Part shown: piece after piece, positions 1 through 10,092 of the stretch
Layout of the letters: each line of letters starts with the position of its first letter
Position numbering within the stretch: the stretch's first letter is position 1
Origin: Candidatus Thorarchaeota archaeon
Lineage (GTDB): Archaea > Asgardarchaeota > Thorarchaeia > Thorarchaeales > Thorarchaeaceae
DNA length: 64,000 bases
NCBI GenBank assembly: GCA_048884965.1
Contig: JBHLQH010000013.1
Location: forward strand, 1 to 64,000
Direction of reading: 5' to 3'
Made by a program: the position numbers and the translations under genes
Notes under the pieces: generated by a model
Told to the model about the DNA's origin: nothing
What the model saw: only the letters and a program-made list of their open reading frames with translations
Databases searched by the model: none

Positions 1-779
1 CAGAATGGAGGAACTTCCCAATCATAGCTTGGGATAGTCCCACTTGTTTTCCACTTCCAATCCTTTGGAGCAGGGAAAGAATAGAGCTTGATAGCCGCCT
101 TAGTAAATACGCCAAGACCTCCATATGCTCCAAGCCATCCCCTAATCACACCACGAAGACTGAACCCTGGACCGTCAGCAGTGAACCATTTCTGTGCGGA
201 ATCAAAAGAACCAAGTCTGATGATCTCACCATTAGGAGAAACCCATTCAGCACCAAGTAGATTTCTCCCACTGAATCCAGTATATGGTGAAGTAAATCCA
301 GGACCAACAAAGGAAGTGTGACTTGCTAGAGGTGAAGTCTGAGGACCCGCTCCTTGTGCATGATGCATTAACCCATATTGGAACAACTCAGACTGTAGCT
401 CTGCATTTGTCACATATGGCTCTATCACCGCATAGAGATTCTTGGAGTCGACCTCTAGTATCTTGTTCATTCGCCTTAGGTCAATCTGAATCGCTTCAGA
501 AGTAGAGACTCCAGCCCATGGTCCCATCCCTGTACTAAATGGCTTGTAAGGAATCTTGAATTCATTGCATATCTTGACGATTGATTGGACTTCTTCGGTA
601 TTGGCTGGGAGTAGCACAGCTGAAGGTCTATGACCGAACCGGGATGGTTCTTCTCCTCTCTGTGCACTCTCAATCTCAAAACACCATTGAAAAGCGTAGG
701 TATCGAGAATAGCAGGACTTCTCGTGATATTGCGTTCTCCAACGACATCCCGCAATCGAGAATAGATCTTGTCGTCCAC
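1..779 (-). CDS. FAD-binding oxidoreductase, GlcD/FAD_binding_4 family (3' end beyond window start)
   Basis: Not in the ORF track; translated by hand from GTG at 779: MDDKIYSRLRDVVGERNITRSPAILDTYAFQW...RPSAVLLPAN...MNKILEVDSKNLYAVIEPYVT...EWVSPNGEIIRLGS. Paralogous to 2049-3518 and abuts the stop of 781-2052. Confidence 0.85.
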   Translation of the reverse strand, partial: MDDKIYSRLRDVVGERNITRSPAILDTYAFQWCFEIESAQRGEEPSRFGHRPSAVLLPANTEEVQSIVKICNEFKIPYKPFSTGMGPWAGVSTSEAIQIDLRRMNKILEVDSKNLYAVIEPYVTNAELQSELFQYGLMHHAQGAGPQTSPLASHTSFVGPGFTSPYTGFSGRNLLGAEWVSPNGEIIRLGSFDSAQKWFTADGPGFSLRGVIRGWLGAYGGLGVFTKAAIKLYSFPAPKDWKWKTSGTIPSYDWEVPPF

Positions 780-780
780 T

Positions 781-2052
781 TTACTCACCCTCCTCCAGAC
801 TCATGAGTACTATCTCTGTCAGATCGAAGTACTCCATTTCTGATTGCCTATGCTTAATCGAGTCTCGTAGGTTCGTGGAACAGAAGGGACAAACAGATAC
901 GAGGCCTTTCGCACCGGTAGACTCAGCCTCTTGGACTCTCTCACCTGCAGTCCACAGTGCGAATTCAGGAAACGCAGATTTGACTCCTCCTCCTGCGCCA
1001 CAGCAATAGCTGTACTCCCGTATTCTCTCCATCTCAACCAACTCTACTCCGGGAATCTGCTTGAGGATATTTCTAGGTGCATCGTACACCCCATTCGCAC
1101 CCCTGCGCTCTGGTTTTGGAGGGTCCCACATATAGACTTGAGAGAGAATCTCAATCTTCTCACCTTCGTAAGGTTCGTATGGTTCAGACATCCGACCCAA
1201 ATGACAGGGATCATGATATGTCACCTTCATTGGGACTTCATTCCTTGGCTTTAGCCGACCATCGGCTAGCATACTCTCCATCAACTGAGAGATATGGATT
1301 ACCTCAAAGGAATGGTCAACATATCGAGGATATTCAGTCTGTAGCATATTGAAACATCCGGAGCAGCTAGTGATGATCTTCTTGATTCCTTGGCTCTCAA
1401 AGAACTCGACATTGCTCCGCATGAGTTCAATTGCTTTCTCGCGGTCACCTACACGATAAATAGGACTGCCGCAACAGACTTCATCGGTGCCTAGAATTCT
1501 AAAGCTCTCATCTCCAGCGTTCAAGATACGAGCAGTTGACTTCGCAATCTCCTCTCTCCTGTAGGCTGCAGTGCAGCCAACAAAGAATATTGTACTGGAA
1601 TCCTCATCCAATCGTATGTCCTCTTCTAGCCAAGCAGGGCGCTTTTCTCTTGGCTCTCCATATGGATTCTGACTCCGTTCAACGAGGTCGATGTACTTCT
1701 TATGTTTTGGCAGTGGTCCGTAACCCGACTCTACAGCTTTGACACGAAGCTCGTGAATAACCTCATTTGGTTCAAGATCGTATACCCATTTACAAGAGAT
1801 CTCACAGCCGCCACAATTCGTACAGCTATAGAGGACATCAAGCATCTCGGGAGTGAACTCGATTCGCTCCTTTTGAAGGGCATTAGCCATGATCATCCGT
1901 CCTCCGCCAGAGTAAGCATGGAAATTGAAGTACTCTATTGAGGGGCAGATATGAGAGAAGCGTTTGCTCTTAATCTGAATCTGTGGAATGAACTTGCATT
2001 TTGAACATCGTACGCAGCTGTCCATCATATCTTCAAAATCGCCTAGTGTCAT
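781..2052 (-). CDS. Fe-S oxidoreductase, GlpC/GlcF/HdrD-like (4Fe-4S dicluster plus two CCG domains)
   Basis: CVRCSKC..CP and CTNCGGCEISC ferredoxin motifs; FVGC, EVCCG, SCSGC, YHDPCHLGR, CCGAGGG and CPFC CCG-domain motifs. Confidence 0.9.
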   Translation of the reverse strand: MTLGDFEDMMDSCVRCSKCKFIPQIQIKSKRFSHICPSIEYFNFHAYSGGGRMIMANALQKERIEFTPEMLDVLYSCTNCGGCEISCKWVYDLEPNEVIHELRVKAVESGYGPLPKHKKYIDLVERSQNPYGEPREKRPAWLEEDIRLDEDSSTIFFVGCTAAYRREEIAKSTARILNAGDESFRILGTDEVCCGSPIYRVGDREKAIELMRSNVEFFESQGIKKIITSCSGCFNMLQTEYPRYVDHSFEVIHISQLMESMLADGRLKPRNEVPMKVTYHDPCHLGRMSEPYEPYEGEKIEILSQVYMWDPPKPERRGANGVYDAPRNILKQIPGVELVEMERIREYSYCCGAGGGVKSAFPEFALWTAGERVQEAESTGAKGLVSVCPFCSTNLRDSIKHRQSEMEYFDLTEIVLMSLEEGE

Positions 2053-3518
2053 TTGCTCACCTCCTCAAAGCAAAGATTCCCAGGACTCAGGACATTATTG
2101 GGATCAAAGATTCCTTTCACACGATTCATAGCCCTTACTACTTCAGGAGAAACTTTCGCGAACACTATCTCTCTCAGGGCATCAGGAGGTCTTGAGAAGA
2201 AGGCACCTGAGTCTAATAGCTTCTGAGAGCCATTTGTGAATAGATTCTCAACATTCGTGAAATCCTGTTCATCTTCAGGATTGTAATAGATATCAAAACA
2301 GCAGTAGGTGTTTACACCTTGAACAGTTGGTTGAACATATGCGCCAATACAATCTCGCGATATTCCTGCGATTTCAGCCTGTTCGAGGAAGAGTCGGTAG
2401 AAAGATGGAATCTCATCTAGAGTAGATGTGAAATGGACCTCTCTACATCCTCCATGTGACCTTAGTTTCCAATACGGCTCAGAACTTGCAACGTTCAGGA
2501 CTTTCTGAATATCAACACTCTCAATATTGCCAATCTTCGTTTCAAGATTTACTCCTGTTTCTTGTGCGATTTCAATAGTATCTCCGTATCTGTAATCGAA
2601 TTCATCCTGTGCAAGGGGACCATGTCCAGAGATGCCCATCACAAGCAACCATTCAGGAAGTGATGAATCATACTCCATCCCAAGCATGTGTGCTACAGTG
2701 GTCGAATTCACTAGAAAGTGTTCATCTACTAAGCGTCTTCGGATTATGGCATAATTGAACTTCTCTAAGTAGTCCAAGTTGTCCGAACCTGCAAGGAAGA
2801 CTTCATGGATTTCAGGAGCTACTTCACATTTCATTGTGATCCAAGTCACGATACCTATCGTTCCTTGAGAACCTTGGACCAACCTGAAAGGATCAAATTG
2901 AGATGGTCCCATAGGATTCTTTTGAGCCTGTCCGGATTCCCATTGTTCTTCAAGACTACCAGGACCAGAAGCTGATCCGGTCCTTAGCATCTCGCCAGTA
3001 CCAAAGATTGTTTCAGTACATAGAAGAGGGTCAGAGGCATCCCAATGAAATCTTGGTATCGTTGTAGGTTCTCTATCTAGGCAACTTACAAGAACAGATT
3101 GAGATGATTTTGGTAAAAGTGGCATAAGCGGACGTAAACCAGCCTTCTTCAACTCAGGAAGGAGTTGCTCATAAGTTACACCGGGTTCTATCATTGCGAC
3201 CTTGTTCTTCGAGTCAACACGAATTATCCGATTCATCTTGCCAAGATCTAGGATGATGGTTCCCCTGACCTTTGGAGCACTACTTCCACTCATCCGAGGT
3301 CTTCCTGAACTAATGGGAATCAATGGGAAGTATGTCTTGTTTGCTAATTCCACAATTCGAGAAACCTCTTCAGCGGATGCTGGCCATACGACTAGTTGGG
3401 GGATTTCTCTATCGTTCTTGACGAATTGTTCAAGCAGTTCTAGATTGTTGGATATATTGGCAGCTCCAACAATCTTTGCCAAATCATTGTAAATTGATGT
3501 ATTCATACTTGCATCCAC
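2049..3518 (-). CDS. FAD-binding oxidoreductase, GlcD/VAO family
   Basis: VVWPASAEEV, LDLGKMNRI, EPGVT, GSQGTIGIVT and C-terminal FDPNNVLSPG; overlaps the next gene by 4 nt. Confidence 0.9.
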   Translation of the reverse strand: MDASMNTSIYNDLAKIVGAANISNNLELLEQFVKNDREIPQLVVWPASAEEVSRIVELANKTYFPLIPISSGRPRMSGSSAPKVRGTIILDLGKMNRIIRVDSKNKVAMIEPGVTYEQLLPELKKAGLRPLMPLLPKSSQSVLVSCLDREPTTIPRFHWDASDPLLCTETIFGTGEMLRTGSASGPGSLEEQWESGQAQKNPMGPSQFDPFRLVQGSQGTIGIVTWITMKCEVAPEIHEVFLAGSDNLDYLEKFNYAIIRRRLVDEHFLVNSTTVAHMLGMEYDSSLPEWLLVMGISGHGPLAQDEFDYRYGDTIEIAQETGVNLETKIGNIESVDIQKVLNVASSEPYWKLRSHGGCREVHFTSTLDEIPSFYRLFLEQAEIAGISRDCIGAYVQPTVQGVNTYCCFDIYYNPEDEQDFTNVENLFTNGSQKLLDSGAFFSRPPDALREIVFAKVSPEVVRAMNRVKGIFDPNNVLSPGNLCFEEVSK

Positions 3519-3525
3519 TCATTGT

Positions 3526-3795
3526 TTATCCTTTTTCAAATACTACTCCTGTACCACCAGCAGGATATCTGAAATCGATAGCACCAGGCTCACAAACCTG
3601 ATAGCATGCAGCACACTCAAAGCATTTTGATTGGTAATCGTCAATAATGTATACATAGTCGCCCTTCTTCTTCCATAGATTAGCTATGCAGACGATAAGG
3701 CATCGCTCACACATTGTACATTTCTCATTGTCTACGCTAATGAAATCTCCAGTTCCAGGGATTCTTTTTACTAGGTCATTGATTCTGATATCCAT
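3526..3795 (-). CDS. FixX-like ferredoxin
   Basis: CTMCERCLIVC, CFECAACYQVC and C-terminal YPAGGTGV typical of FixX. Start moved to ATG 3795, behind AGGAGG and after the stop of the upstream gene. Confidence 0.85.
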   Translation of the reverse strand: MDIRINDLVKRIPGTGDFISVDNEKCTMCERCLIVCIANLWKKKGDYVYIIDDYQSKCFECAACYQVCEPGAIDFRYPAGGTGVVFEKG

Positions 3796-3799
3796 AGGG

Positions 3800-5215
3800 T
3801 CAGTCCTCCTCATCATCATCAGATTCCATGAAAGCTTGTGCAACCGCTAATTCCAATTCCGGATTTGCGGCAAGCAGTTTCTCTGGATCAGTTATCATTT
3901 CCATATTCTTCTCACCAAGACTCACTGTCAGCAGGGGCAATACTTCTTTCATGAGCATGGGAATGATTTTCGGAAGGTAGCCCTTAACAGCTCTCGCAAC
4001 CTGCCGGATACGTTTTGGATGAGGTTGTGACCAATCTATGATACCACCTAGTACTTCCGAGATTAGGGGAACTAACCATGACATGTTTTCTCTAGGACTG
4101 AATGGAAGTGCCCTCCAGATGCTGTATAGCTCTGGACCAGCTTCAAAATCCTCACCAACACTTGTTTTCTTCCACGCATCATCGTATCGAGAGAGAAACT
4201 CCTTTGATGTATCTCCTTCTGATATTGCATCAGCAGCTGTCTGTGCTGCGGCCCTCCCAGTAATCATAGCAGGATAGATCCCTTCAGCTTCCAAGGGACA
4301 GGGGAATCCTCCTGCATCGCCAATCAGGATCACATTATCTGTGTGAGTGTCATGCGGCTCACCTTGCCATGGTAGTAGGTGCGGATTGCATTCGCGTGGT
4401 TTGGCATCCAGAATTCGCATGAGCCTTTGGAAATATTTCAGATTAACCACACGGTTGAGATAGTATAGAGGATTCTTGTCCCACCACGTCATCCAATTAC
4501 CAAGTCCGATATGAAAGCCATCATTGAAGAACACCTGATATGCCGCAGGGAAGACAGCAGACCACCAGACTGCAAGTGCTTCATCCCCCATGATATCATC
4601 AATCTTCTTCGAATCAACATGGAAGTCATATTGAGGGACCAGAGTGACTTGTTTCTGTTTCCATCTTGAACGTAATCCACTCTCCCGAGCAACCATGGAG
4701 ATTACACCATCAGCACCGATAACAAGGCCTTTGTATTTCTCGCCCTTCTCGTCAATTACTCCAACAACTTTTCCATTCTCTTTTAGTAGGCCCACGACTA
4801 GAGTTGATGTCTTTAACTCAGCACCTGCATCAGTAGCGAACTTGGCAATCCACGGATCGAAATCGCTTCGGTAGATATTCATTGTAATGAGAGACTTTGC
4901 AGGCTCATAGTTAACAGAAGCCGTTGGTCTAGTCATGATGTAGCTAGAAACCTCACCTTCTGTGTCTACGAAGTAGTTGCGAGCAGCTGCGCCAGCCCTC
5001 ATCGACGGACATCTTTCTGGAGATAGTTCCTTCATAATATCAAAATCAAGCCACATCCTTGGACCAAGACCACAGCCAGAGGAATTCTTCTCACCAGGCT
5101 TTCGTCCACGCTCAAAGAATATTGTCTTGAAACCTTGTTCTGCAGCTTCTTTCGCTGCAGTAGATCCTCCTGGACCTGCTCCTACAATAACTAAATCATA
5201 ATTGTGTGTACTCAA
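3800..5215 (-). CDS. FAD-dependent oxidoreductase, FixC/geranylgeranyl reductase family
   Basis: GAGPGG Rossmann motif, KNSSG, RSDFD, GADG, IGDAGG..EGIYPAM; adjacent to a FixX-like gene. Confidence 0.85.
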   Translation of the reverse strand: MSTHNYDLVIVGAGPGGSTAAKEAAEQGFKTIFFERGRKPGEKNSSGCGLGPRMWLDFDIMKELSPERCPSMRAGAAARNYFVDTEGEVSSYIMTRPTASVNYEPAKSLITMNIYRSDFDPWIAKFATDAGAELKTSTLVVGLLKENGKVVGVIDEKGEKYKGLVIGADGVISMVARESGLRSRWKQKQVTLVPQYDFHVDSKKIDDIMGDEALAVWWSAVFPAAYQVFFNDGFHIGLGNWMTWWDKNPLYYLNRVVNLKYFQRLMRILDAKPRECNPHLLPWQGEPHDTHTDNVILIGDAGGFPCPLEAEGIYPAMITGRAAAQTAADAISEGDTSKEFLSRYDDAWKKTSVGEDFEAGPELYSIWRALPFSPRENMSWLVPLISEVLGGIIDWSQPHPKRIRQVARAVKGYLPKIIPMLMKEVLPLLTVSLGEKNMEMITDPEKLLAANPELELAVAQAFMESDDDEED

Positions 5216-5219
5216 TATC

Positions 5220-5777
5220 TCACTCGCCTTCTCTCATCGCGTCTGAATCAAGTAGTTGTATTTCATTTCTGATAGTTTGAACCTTGTCAAGAAGCATACG
5301 CTTTCTTTGCAGAAGTAGAAACCGTTTCAAATCAGCATCATCAATATCTCGAATAGCTTCTATGATTGTCATTTCAGGATAGATGTCATCCAATCCAAGT
5401 TCTAGGAAATTCTGAAGGATACTAGCTGTGAAGCTCGCTGGCAAGCGTTCTGCAGCTACTTTTACGAAGTTATAATTGAATAGGACATAGTCCTTGACGA
5501 ATTCATGTGTGTCACTTACGAATTCTCTTCCAGCCTTCGTTAGAGTATAGTATGTTGTATCCTGTACATCTTTCTCAGAAACAAGATTCTTCTTTACCAG
5601 GGTCTTTAGAGCGGGATATACAGTTCCTGTCTTGGGGTTCCAAACTCCCTCGAAATCCTCACGCAGATTCTTTAGAATTTCGTAACCGTATTTTGGACCT
5701 TCAAGTAATTGAATGAAGATCAGCATCTGCATTGGAGTGATTTTTCCTCCAGTTGGTAGAAATGGACGAATACTCAT
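5220..5777 (-). CDS. PadR family transcriptional regulator
   Basis: GPKYGYEI...GTVYPALKTL...YYTLTKAGR PadR wHTH signature. Confidence 0.9.
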   Translation of the reverse strand: MSIRPFLPTGGKITPMQMLIFIQLLEGPKYGYEILKNLREDFEGVWNPKTGTVYPALKTLVKKNLVSEKDVQDTTYYTLTKAGREFVSDTHEFVKDYVLFNYNFVKVAAERLPASFTASILQNFLELGLDDIYPEMTIIEAIRDIDDADLKRFLLLQRKRMLLDKVQTIRNEIQLLDSDAMREGE

Positions 5778-5790
5778 GTTATCACTGCTA

Positions 5791-5827
5791 ACTAGGTAGA
5801 TTTCTACTTAGTTGCATTCTACCTAGT
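5791..5827. promoter_or_regulatory. Putative PadR operator (inverted repeat plus a third half-site)
   Basis: ACTAGGTAGA (5791-5800), TCTACTTAGT (5803-5812) and TCTACCTAGT (5818-5827), just upstream of the padR start. Confidence 0.6.
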
Positions 5828-6117
5828 AATAAACCATGGGGATGAGCTCGTATAATAGCTCGTCAAAAGACAAATTTCCACATCTACAATCGGCAAAATT
5901 CATTGAGCAAATCATTCTTACAAGTGTTCATCGTATTGCATTGGGGGGATCTCTTCTTAGTATTTCTGAGGAACAACAGAATGTTCAACCACTCACCAAT
6001 CATTGCTATTCCAGACATGCACCCGAGTAATGACTTGATCTTCTTATTCGAAGTGATTTGTTCCAAGAAATCGATGTAAGCAGTGTAGGGTATAATAATG
6101 CATAGTGTTTATATAAC

Positions 6118-6135
6118 TATATGACATGTCATATA
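6118..6135. promoter_or_regulatory. Perfect 18-bp palindromic operator TATATGACATGTCATATA
   Basis: Perfect palindrome just after a TATA-like TTTATATA (6108-6115), about 100 nt upstream of the SBBP gene; near copies at 12516, 13614, 13652 and 14151. Confidence 0.65.
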
Positions 6136-6237
6136 ATTACTAAGAATAATATCAAGATATGACAGATAACACATAACCGGGATGATTAGAGAACTTAGAA
6201 TTCCTGTCTATTCTTGTGACTACTGGAGGAAGAGAAG

Positions 6238-9200
6238 ATGAAACTCACTCGCAAACATTATTCCATTCTACTCATAGTCATTCTAGCAAGCTCGCTTGTT
6301 GGATTCGAGATTGGAAGCATCATATCAACTGAAGTTCGAGCTGATGATAATGTACAGTATTCAAGAGAACCTGATACAGATACATCAACTGGTGTTCAAG
6401 ATGAGGAAATTGAACAGAATGCACTTTGTGCAATGGCATCATATTTCACTGAGAATCTTGGGCAATGTAGGGATGAGAGTATACTGTATTATGGAAATAT
6501 CCCTGGTGGAATGATTGGATTTGCCAAGGGAAGAATCGTTCTAATCACTGAAGGCGCGGATAAACCAATAGAGATCACTTTCCCATATTCGAATTCTGTC
6601 TTGCCCAAAGGGGAGTTGTTGACAGAGACTACTTCGAATTTCTACCTTGGTAGCAGAGGCACCTACACGGGAGTAAGAACGTACACGAATGTAAAGTATG
6701 AGGAGCTCTGGGAGGGGATAGATTTGATCTACAAAGCAGGTGAGAATGGTACAAAGTATGAATTCGTAGTATACCCTGCAGGGGATCCCTCAGACATTCA
6801 AATTGCATATGAGAATATGGAAGATATCGAAGTAGAAGAAACCACCCTCACAGTCAAGACGGGGCAATCATCGATTGTTGACACAGGCTTGATTACGATT
6901 CAAGATACGATAACTGTAACTTCAAGCTTCGTCCATTTGGGTGAGAATATTGTTGGATTCGAACTTGGCGATTACGACTCCTCGAAACCACTTATTATCG
7001 ACCCGTTAGTGTACTCGACATTTGTAGGCGGATCTTCCCATGATAAAGGAGTCTCAATTGTAATTGATAGTGAGAATTATGCGTACATCATAGGAGCAAC
7101 ATTGTCAAGCGCCTTCCCAACAGTTAACGCATATGACACATCCTTCAATGGAGGATGGGATGTCTTCATCTTGAAGATGAATCCCTCTGGAAGCTCTATC
7201 AACTTCTCGACTTTCATAGGCGGTACAGATGAGGATGTTGGCATGGACATCGACATTGATTCGAGTAATACTATCTATGCTACAGGCTACACGTACTCAG
7301 ACGATTTCCCAACTACATATGAAGGAATAAAAATTGGGAGCACTCATTTTGTCTTCGAATCCCATTTCGGGGATGCTGATATATTCATCATAAGATTGAG
7401 TTCGGATGGGTCGGACTTGAGGCACTCCACATTCATGGGAGGAGCAGCAGAAGACAGAGGCATGGGAATTGTTGTAGTAGATAGTGATAATGTCTACCTA
7501 ACAGGCTTTACAAAATCCAGCACATTACAAGTTCGATCAGCATATGATAGCACTCACAATGGAGGTGCAGATTGCTTTGTGGCCAAGCTACAATTCACTA
7601 ACAATCAGAGACTCTATGTGACTTATGTTGGAAGTGGAGCAGATGAATATGCCAATGACTTGGCGGTAGACTCGTCAGGCAATGCCTATGTCACTGGAAC
7701 TTGTCCTACAGGGATAATTCCTAGCTTCCCATCTGATGCTACGATTGGGGGATCAGGACTTATGGATGCGTTCGTTTTCAAACTGAACGGTACGGGGAAT
7801 GGATTAGACAAGTCAATAAAGATAGGGGGAGTTAACAATGAAGAGGGCAGAGGCATTGAGGTGAGTGCCGAAGATATAGTCTTTGTTGGAGGGTGGACAG
7901 CTTCGCACAACTTCCCAACTGCTAGCCCAGCAGATCCAACGTTCAATGGGCAAAGGGATGGATTTGGATTCAAGCTAAATATGGATACTGAGTCTTTGGT
8001 ATATTCCACGTTCATAGGAGGCTCTGAAACTGATGAAGTCAATGACATCGCGATTGATAGCTACGGACATCTGTACCTGACTGGAACGACAAATTCGACA
8101 AATATGCCCATAATTAACCACTATGATCAATATTACAATGGCAATTATGACATCTTCTTCACAGTACTGAAGTCAGGCGGTGGATGGTTCACATCATCAT
8201 ACATCGGAGGGGGATCAAGTAAAGATTCAAGTCAGGGCATCTGTGTGGATTCAGGAGATGGAAGAGTATACTTCACGGGATATTCAGATCGTGCGTCATA
8301 CCCCTCCGATTTTCCAACTACATCGGGGGCGTTTGATGAAACCTCAAATGGTTTGCAAGATTGCATAATATTCGTCTTCGAAGAGCTCATACCTCCAACA
8401 CTCACAAACAATCGGGATCTGCCGAATCCAGACATAGGACAAGAAGTAACGATGACCACCACAATAACTGATGTCTACGGCAGTGTTAGCATTTCAGACG
8501 TACACGCATGGTATAGAGCAAAAATTGGAGAGGGATCTTGGTCCAACTACATTGAATTATCAGTATCCGGAGGTGGATCCTATGAAGCAACAATTCCTTC
8601 CATGCTGCAAAACGATACTCAAGTGGAATATCACTGGTTCGCTTACGACAATCATGGAAATCGTGCGGTTTCACCAACCGGATCATATTTGGTTGCAGAC
8701 GATGAAGATCCAGCTGTTGGGACCTTTAGTCATGACCCAACTGCACCGGGTTATACTGATTCAGTTGAGATCACTGCAGAAGTAACAGATAATGGCATCT
8801 TGAACAAAGTCGAATTATGGTACAGAGTGGATAGCGGAGACTACTCTTCCATCTCGATGATACAACAACCGGGCAATTCATTCACAGCAGAAATACCAGC
8901 TCAGAGTTATGGATCTCTTGTTGAATACTACATCTACGCAGAGGATTCTGGTGAGAACAGTGATTCAAGCTCTATAGATTCCTATACAGTAGGGGACTTC
9001 ATTGCGCCAGTGTTCGTTGAGATGTCATACTCTCCTGAATATCCTGAGTTCTCGCAGGATGCCACAGTAGAGACCGATCTAACAGATGCAGCATCAGGGA
9101 TAGACCTAGTGCGCTTGTACTATCGAACAAGGGAAATTGGAGGCCAATGGTCAGCTCCAACATTTGTAGTAATGAGCCTGATAGCTGGAGATGAATTTGA

Positions 9201-10092
9201 AGGAACATATCAAGAATCAATCCCATCCCCACCGCAGGATTATGAAGTGATCTTCTGGATATATGCTGCAGACAATGAGGGTAACATTCTTGACAACCAC
9301 CTGACAAATATGACATACCAAATCTATGCGCACGATGAAGCAGGCCCTGATATCACCTTTGAGTACGACCCAACGACAATAACAGATTTGGATGATGTTG
9401 TATTCACTGCAACAGTCACTGACTACACTGGTGTTCATGCAGTAACACTGTCATATTCGACAAATGGCCAAATAAGCTGGACGAATGTATCAATGATACA
9501 TACTAGTGGAGACGAATATGAAGCAACAATTTCAAGCCGTTCAATTGGTACAACGATTCATTACAAGATTTATGCAGTGGATGTCAAGGGTAATTGGGAG
9601 GAGACCGAAACAGACTCATACACTGTTGAAGCGACAGACTCTACAGGACCTAATATCTCTCCATCAAGAGAGAACAGCAATCCAACAGATGCCACTTCAG
9701 TTTTGATCAATGCAATTGTGACCGATTCAAGCGGAATTGATCAAGTCTTTCTAGATTACAGAATCAATAACGACTCGACATGGATATCTATCTCAATGAC
9801 TCAAGATACTGTGGATTCTTCAATTTGGTATGAAGCTATCCCGATACAATCTGCGGGTACCAAAGTAATATATCGGGTTAGAGCATGTGACGAAATGGGA
9901 AATTGGCGAACATCAAGCGAATCTTGGTATATTGTTGTAGCTGCAACGCCTGATAAGACGTTGATGGATATTCTAAGAGAGAATGTTTTCCTGTTCACAG
10001 TGATTGGAGGAGTACTCACCATCTGGCGCACATATGTCTGGCGGAAGGATCGGTCAAAAACAGAAGGTCTAACTGAAACGAATCTGTCCTAG
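6238..10092 (+). CDS. Membrane-anchored SBBP-repeat (beta-propeller) surface protein with repeated Ig-like domains
   Basis: N-terminal signal/TM, FTENLGQ, PLIIDPLVYSTFVGGS, repeated STFIGG..D/YxTGxTxSxxFPT units, D-x-SG-[IV]..V.L.Y Ig-like units and a C-terminal TM. The frame stays open for 81 codons after the TAG. Confidence 0.85.
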   Translation: MKLTRKHYSILLIVILASSLVGFEIGSIISTEVRADDNVQYSREPDTDTSTGVQDEEIEQNALCAMASYFTENLGQCRDESILYYGNIPGGMIGFAKGRIVLITEGADKPIEITFPYSNSVLPKGELLTETTSNFYLGSRGTYTGVRTYTNVKYEELWEGIDLIYKAGENGTKYEFVVYPAGDPSDIQIAYENMEDIEVEETTLTVKTGQSSIVDTGLITIQDTITVTSSFVHLGENIVGFELGDYDSSKPLIIDPLVYSTFVGGSSHDKGVSIVIDSENYAYIIGATLSSAFPTVNAYDTSFNGGWDVFILKMNPSGSSINFSTFIGGTDEDVGMDIDIDSSNTIYATGYTYSDDFPTTYEGIKIGSTHFVFESHFGDADIFIIRLSSDGSDLRHSTFMGGAAEDRGMGIVVVDSDNVYLTGFTKSSTLQVRSAYDSTHNGGADCFVAKLQFTNNQRLYVTYVGSGADEYANDLAVDSSGNAYVTGTCPTGIIPSFPSDATIGGSGLMDAFVFKLNGTGNGLDKSIKIGGVNNEEGRGIEVSAEDIVFVGGWTASHNFPTASPADPTFNGQRDGFGFKLNMDTESLVYSTFIGGSETDEVNDIAIDSYGHLYLTGTTNSTNMPIINHYDQYYNGNYDIFFTVLKSGGGWFTSSYIGGGSSKDSSQGICVDSGDGRVYFTGYSDRASYPSDFPTTSGAFDETSNGLQDCIIFVFEELIPPTLTNNRDLPNPDIGQEVTMTTTITDVYGSVSISDVHAWYRAKIGEGSWSNYIELSVSGGGSYEATIPSMLQNDTQVEYHWFAYDNHGNRAVSPTGSYLVADDEDPAVGTFSHDPTAPGYTDSVEITAEVTDNGILNKVELWYRVDSGDYSSISMIQQPGNSFTAEIPAQSYGSLVEYYIYAEDSGENSDSSSIDSYTVGDFIAPVFVEMSYSPEYPEFSQDATVETDLTDAASGIDLVRLYYRTREIGGQWSAPTFVVMSLIAGDEFEGTYQESIPSPPQDYEVIFWIYAADNEGNILDNHLTNMTYQIYAHDEAGPDITFEYDPTTITDLDDVVFTATVTDYTGVHAVTLSYSTNGQISWTNVSMIHTSGDEYEATISSRSIGTTIHYKIYAVDVKGNWEETETDSYTVEATDSTGPNISPSRENSNPTDATSVLINAIVTDSSGIDQVFLDYRINNDSTWISISMTQDTVDSSIWYEAIPIQSAGTKVIYRVRACDEMGNWRTSSESWYIVVAATPDKTLMDILRENVFLFTVIGGVLTIWRTYVWRKDRSKTEGLTETNLS

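Noticed and set aside
88-748. Short ORFs 88-321, 323-505 and 476-748
   Set aside because: They overlap the FAD oxidoreductase frame starting at 779 on the minus strand.
5836-6066. Short ORFs between padR and the SBBP gene
   Set aside because: No recognisable motifs or SD; overlapping ORFs on opposite strands in a divergent promoter region.
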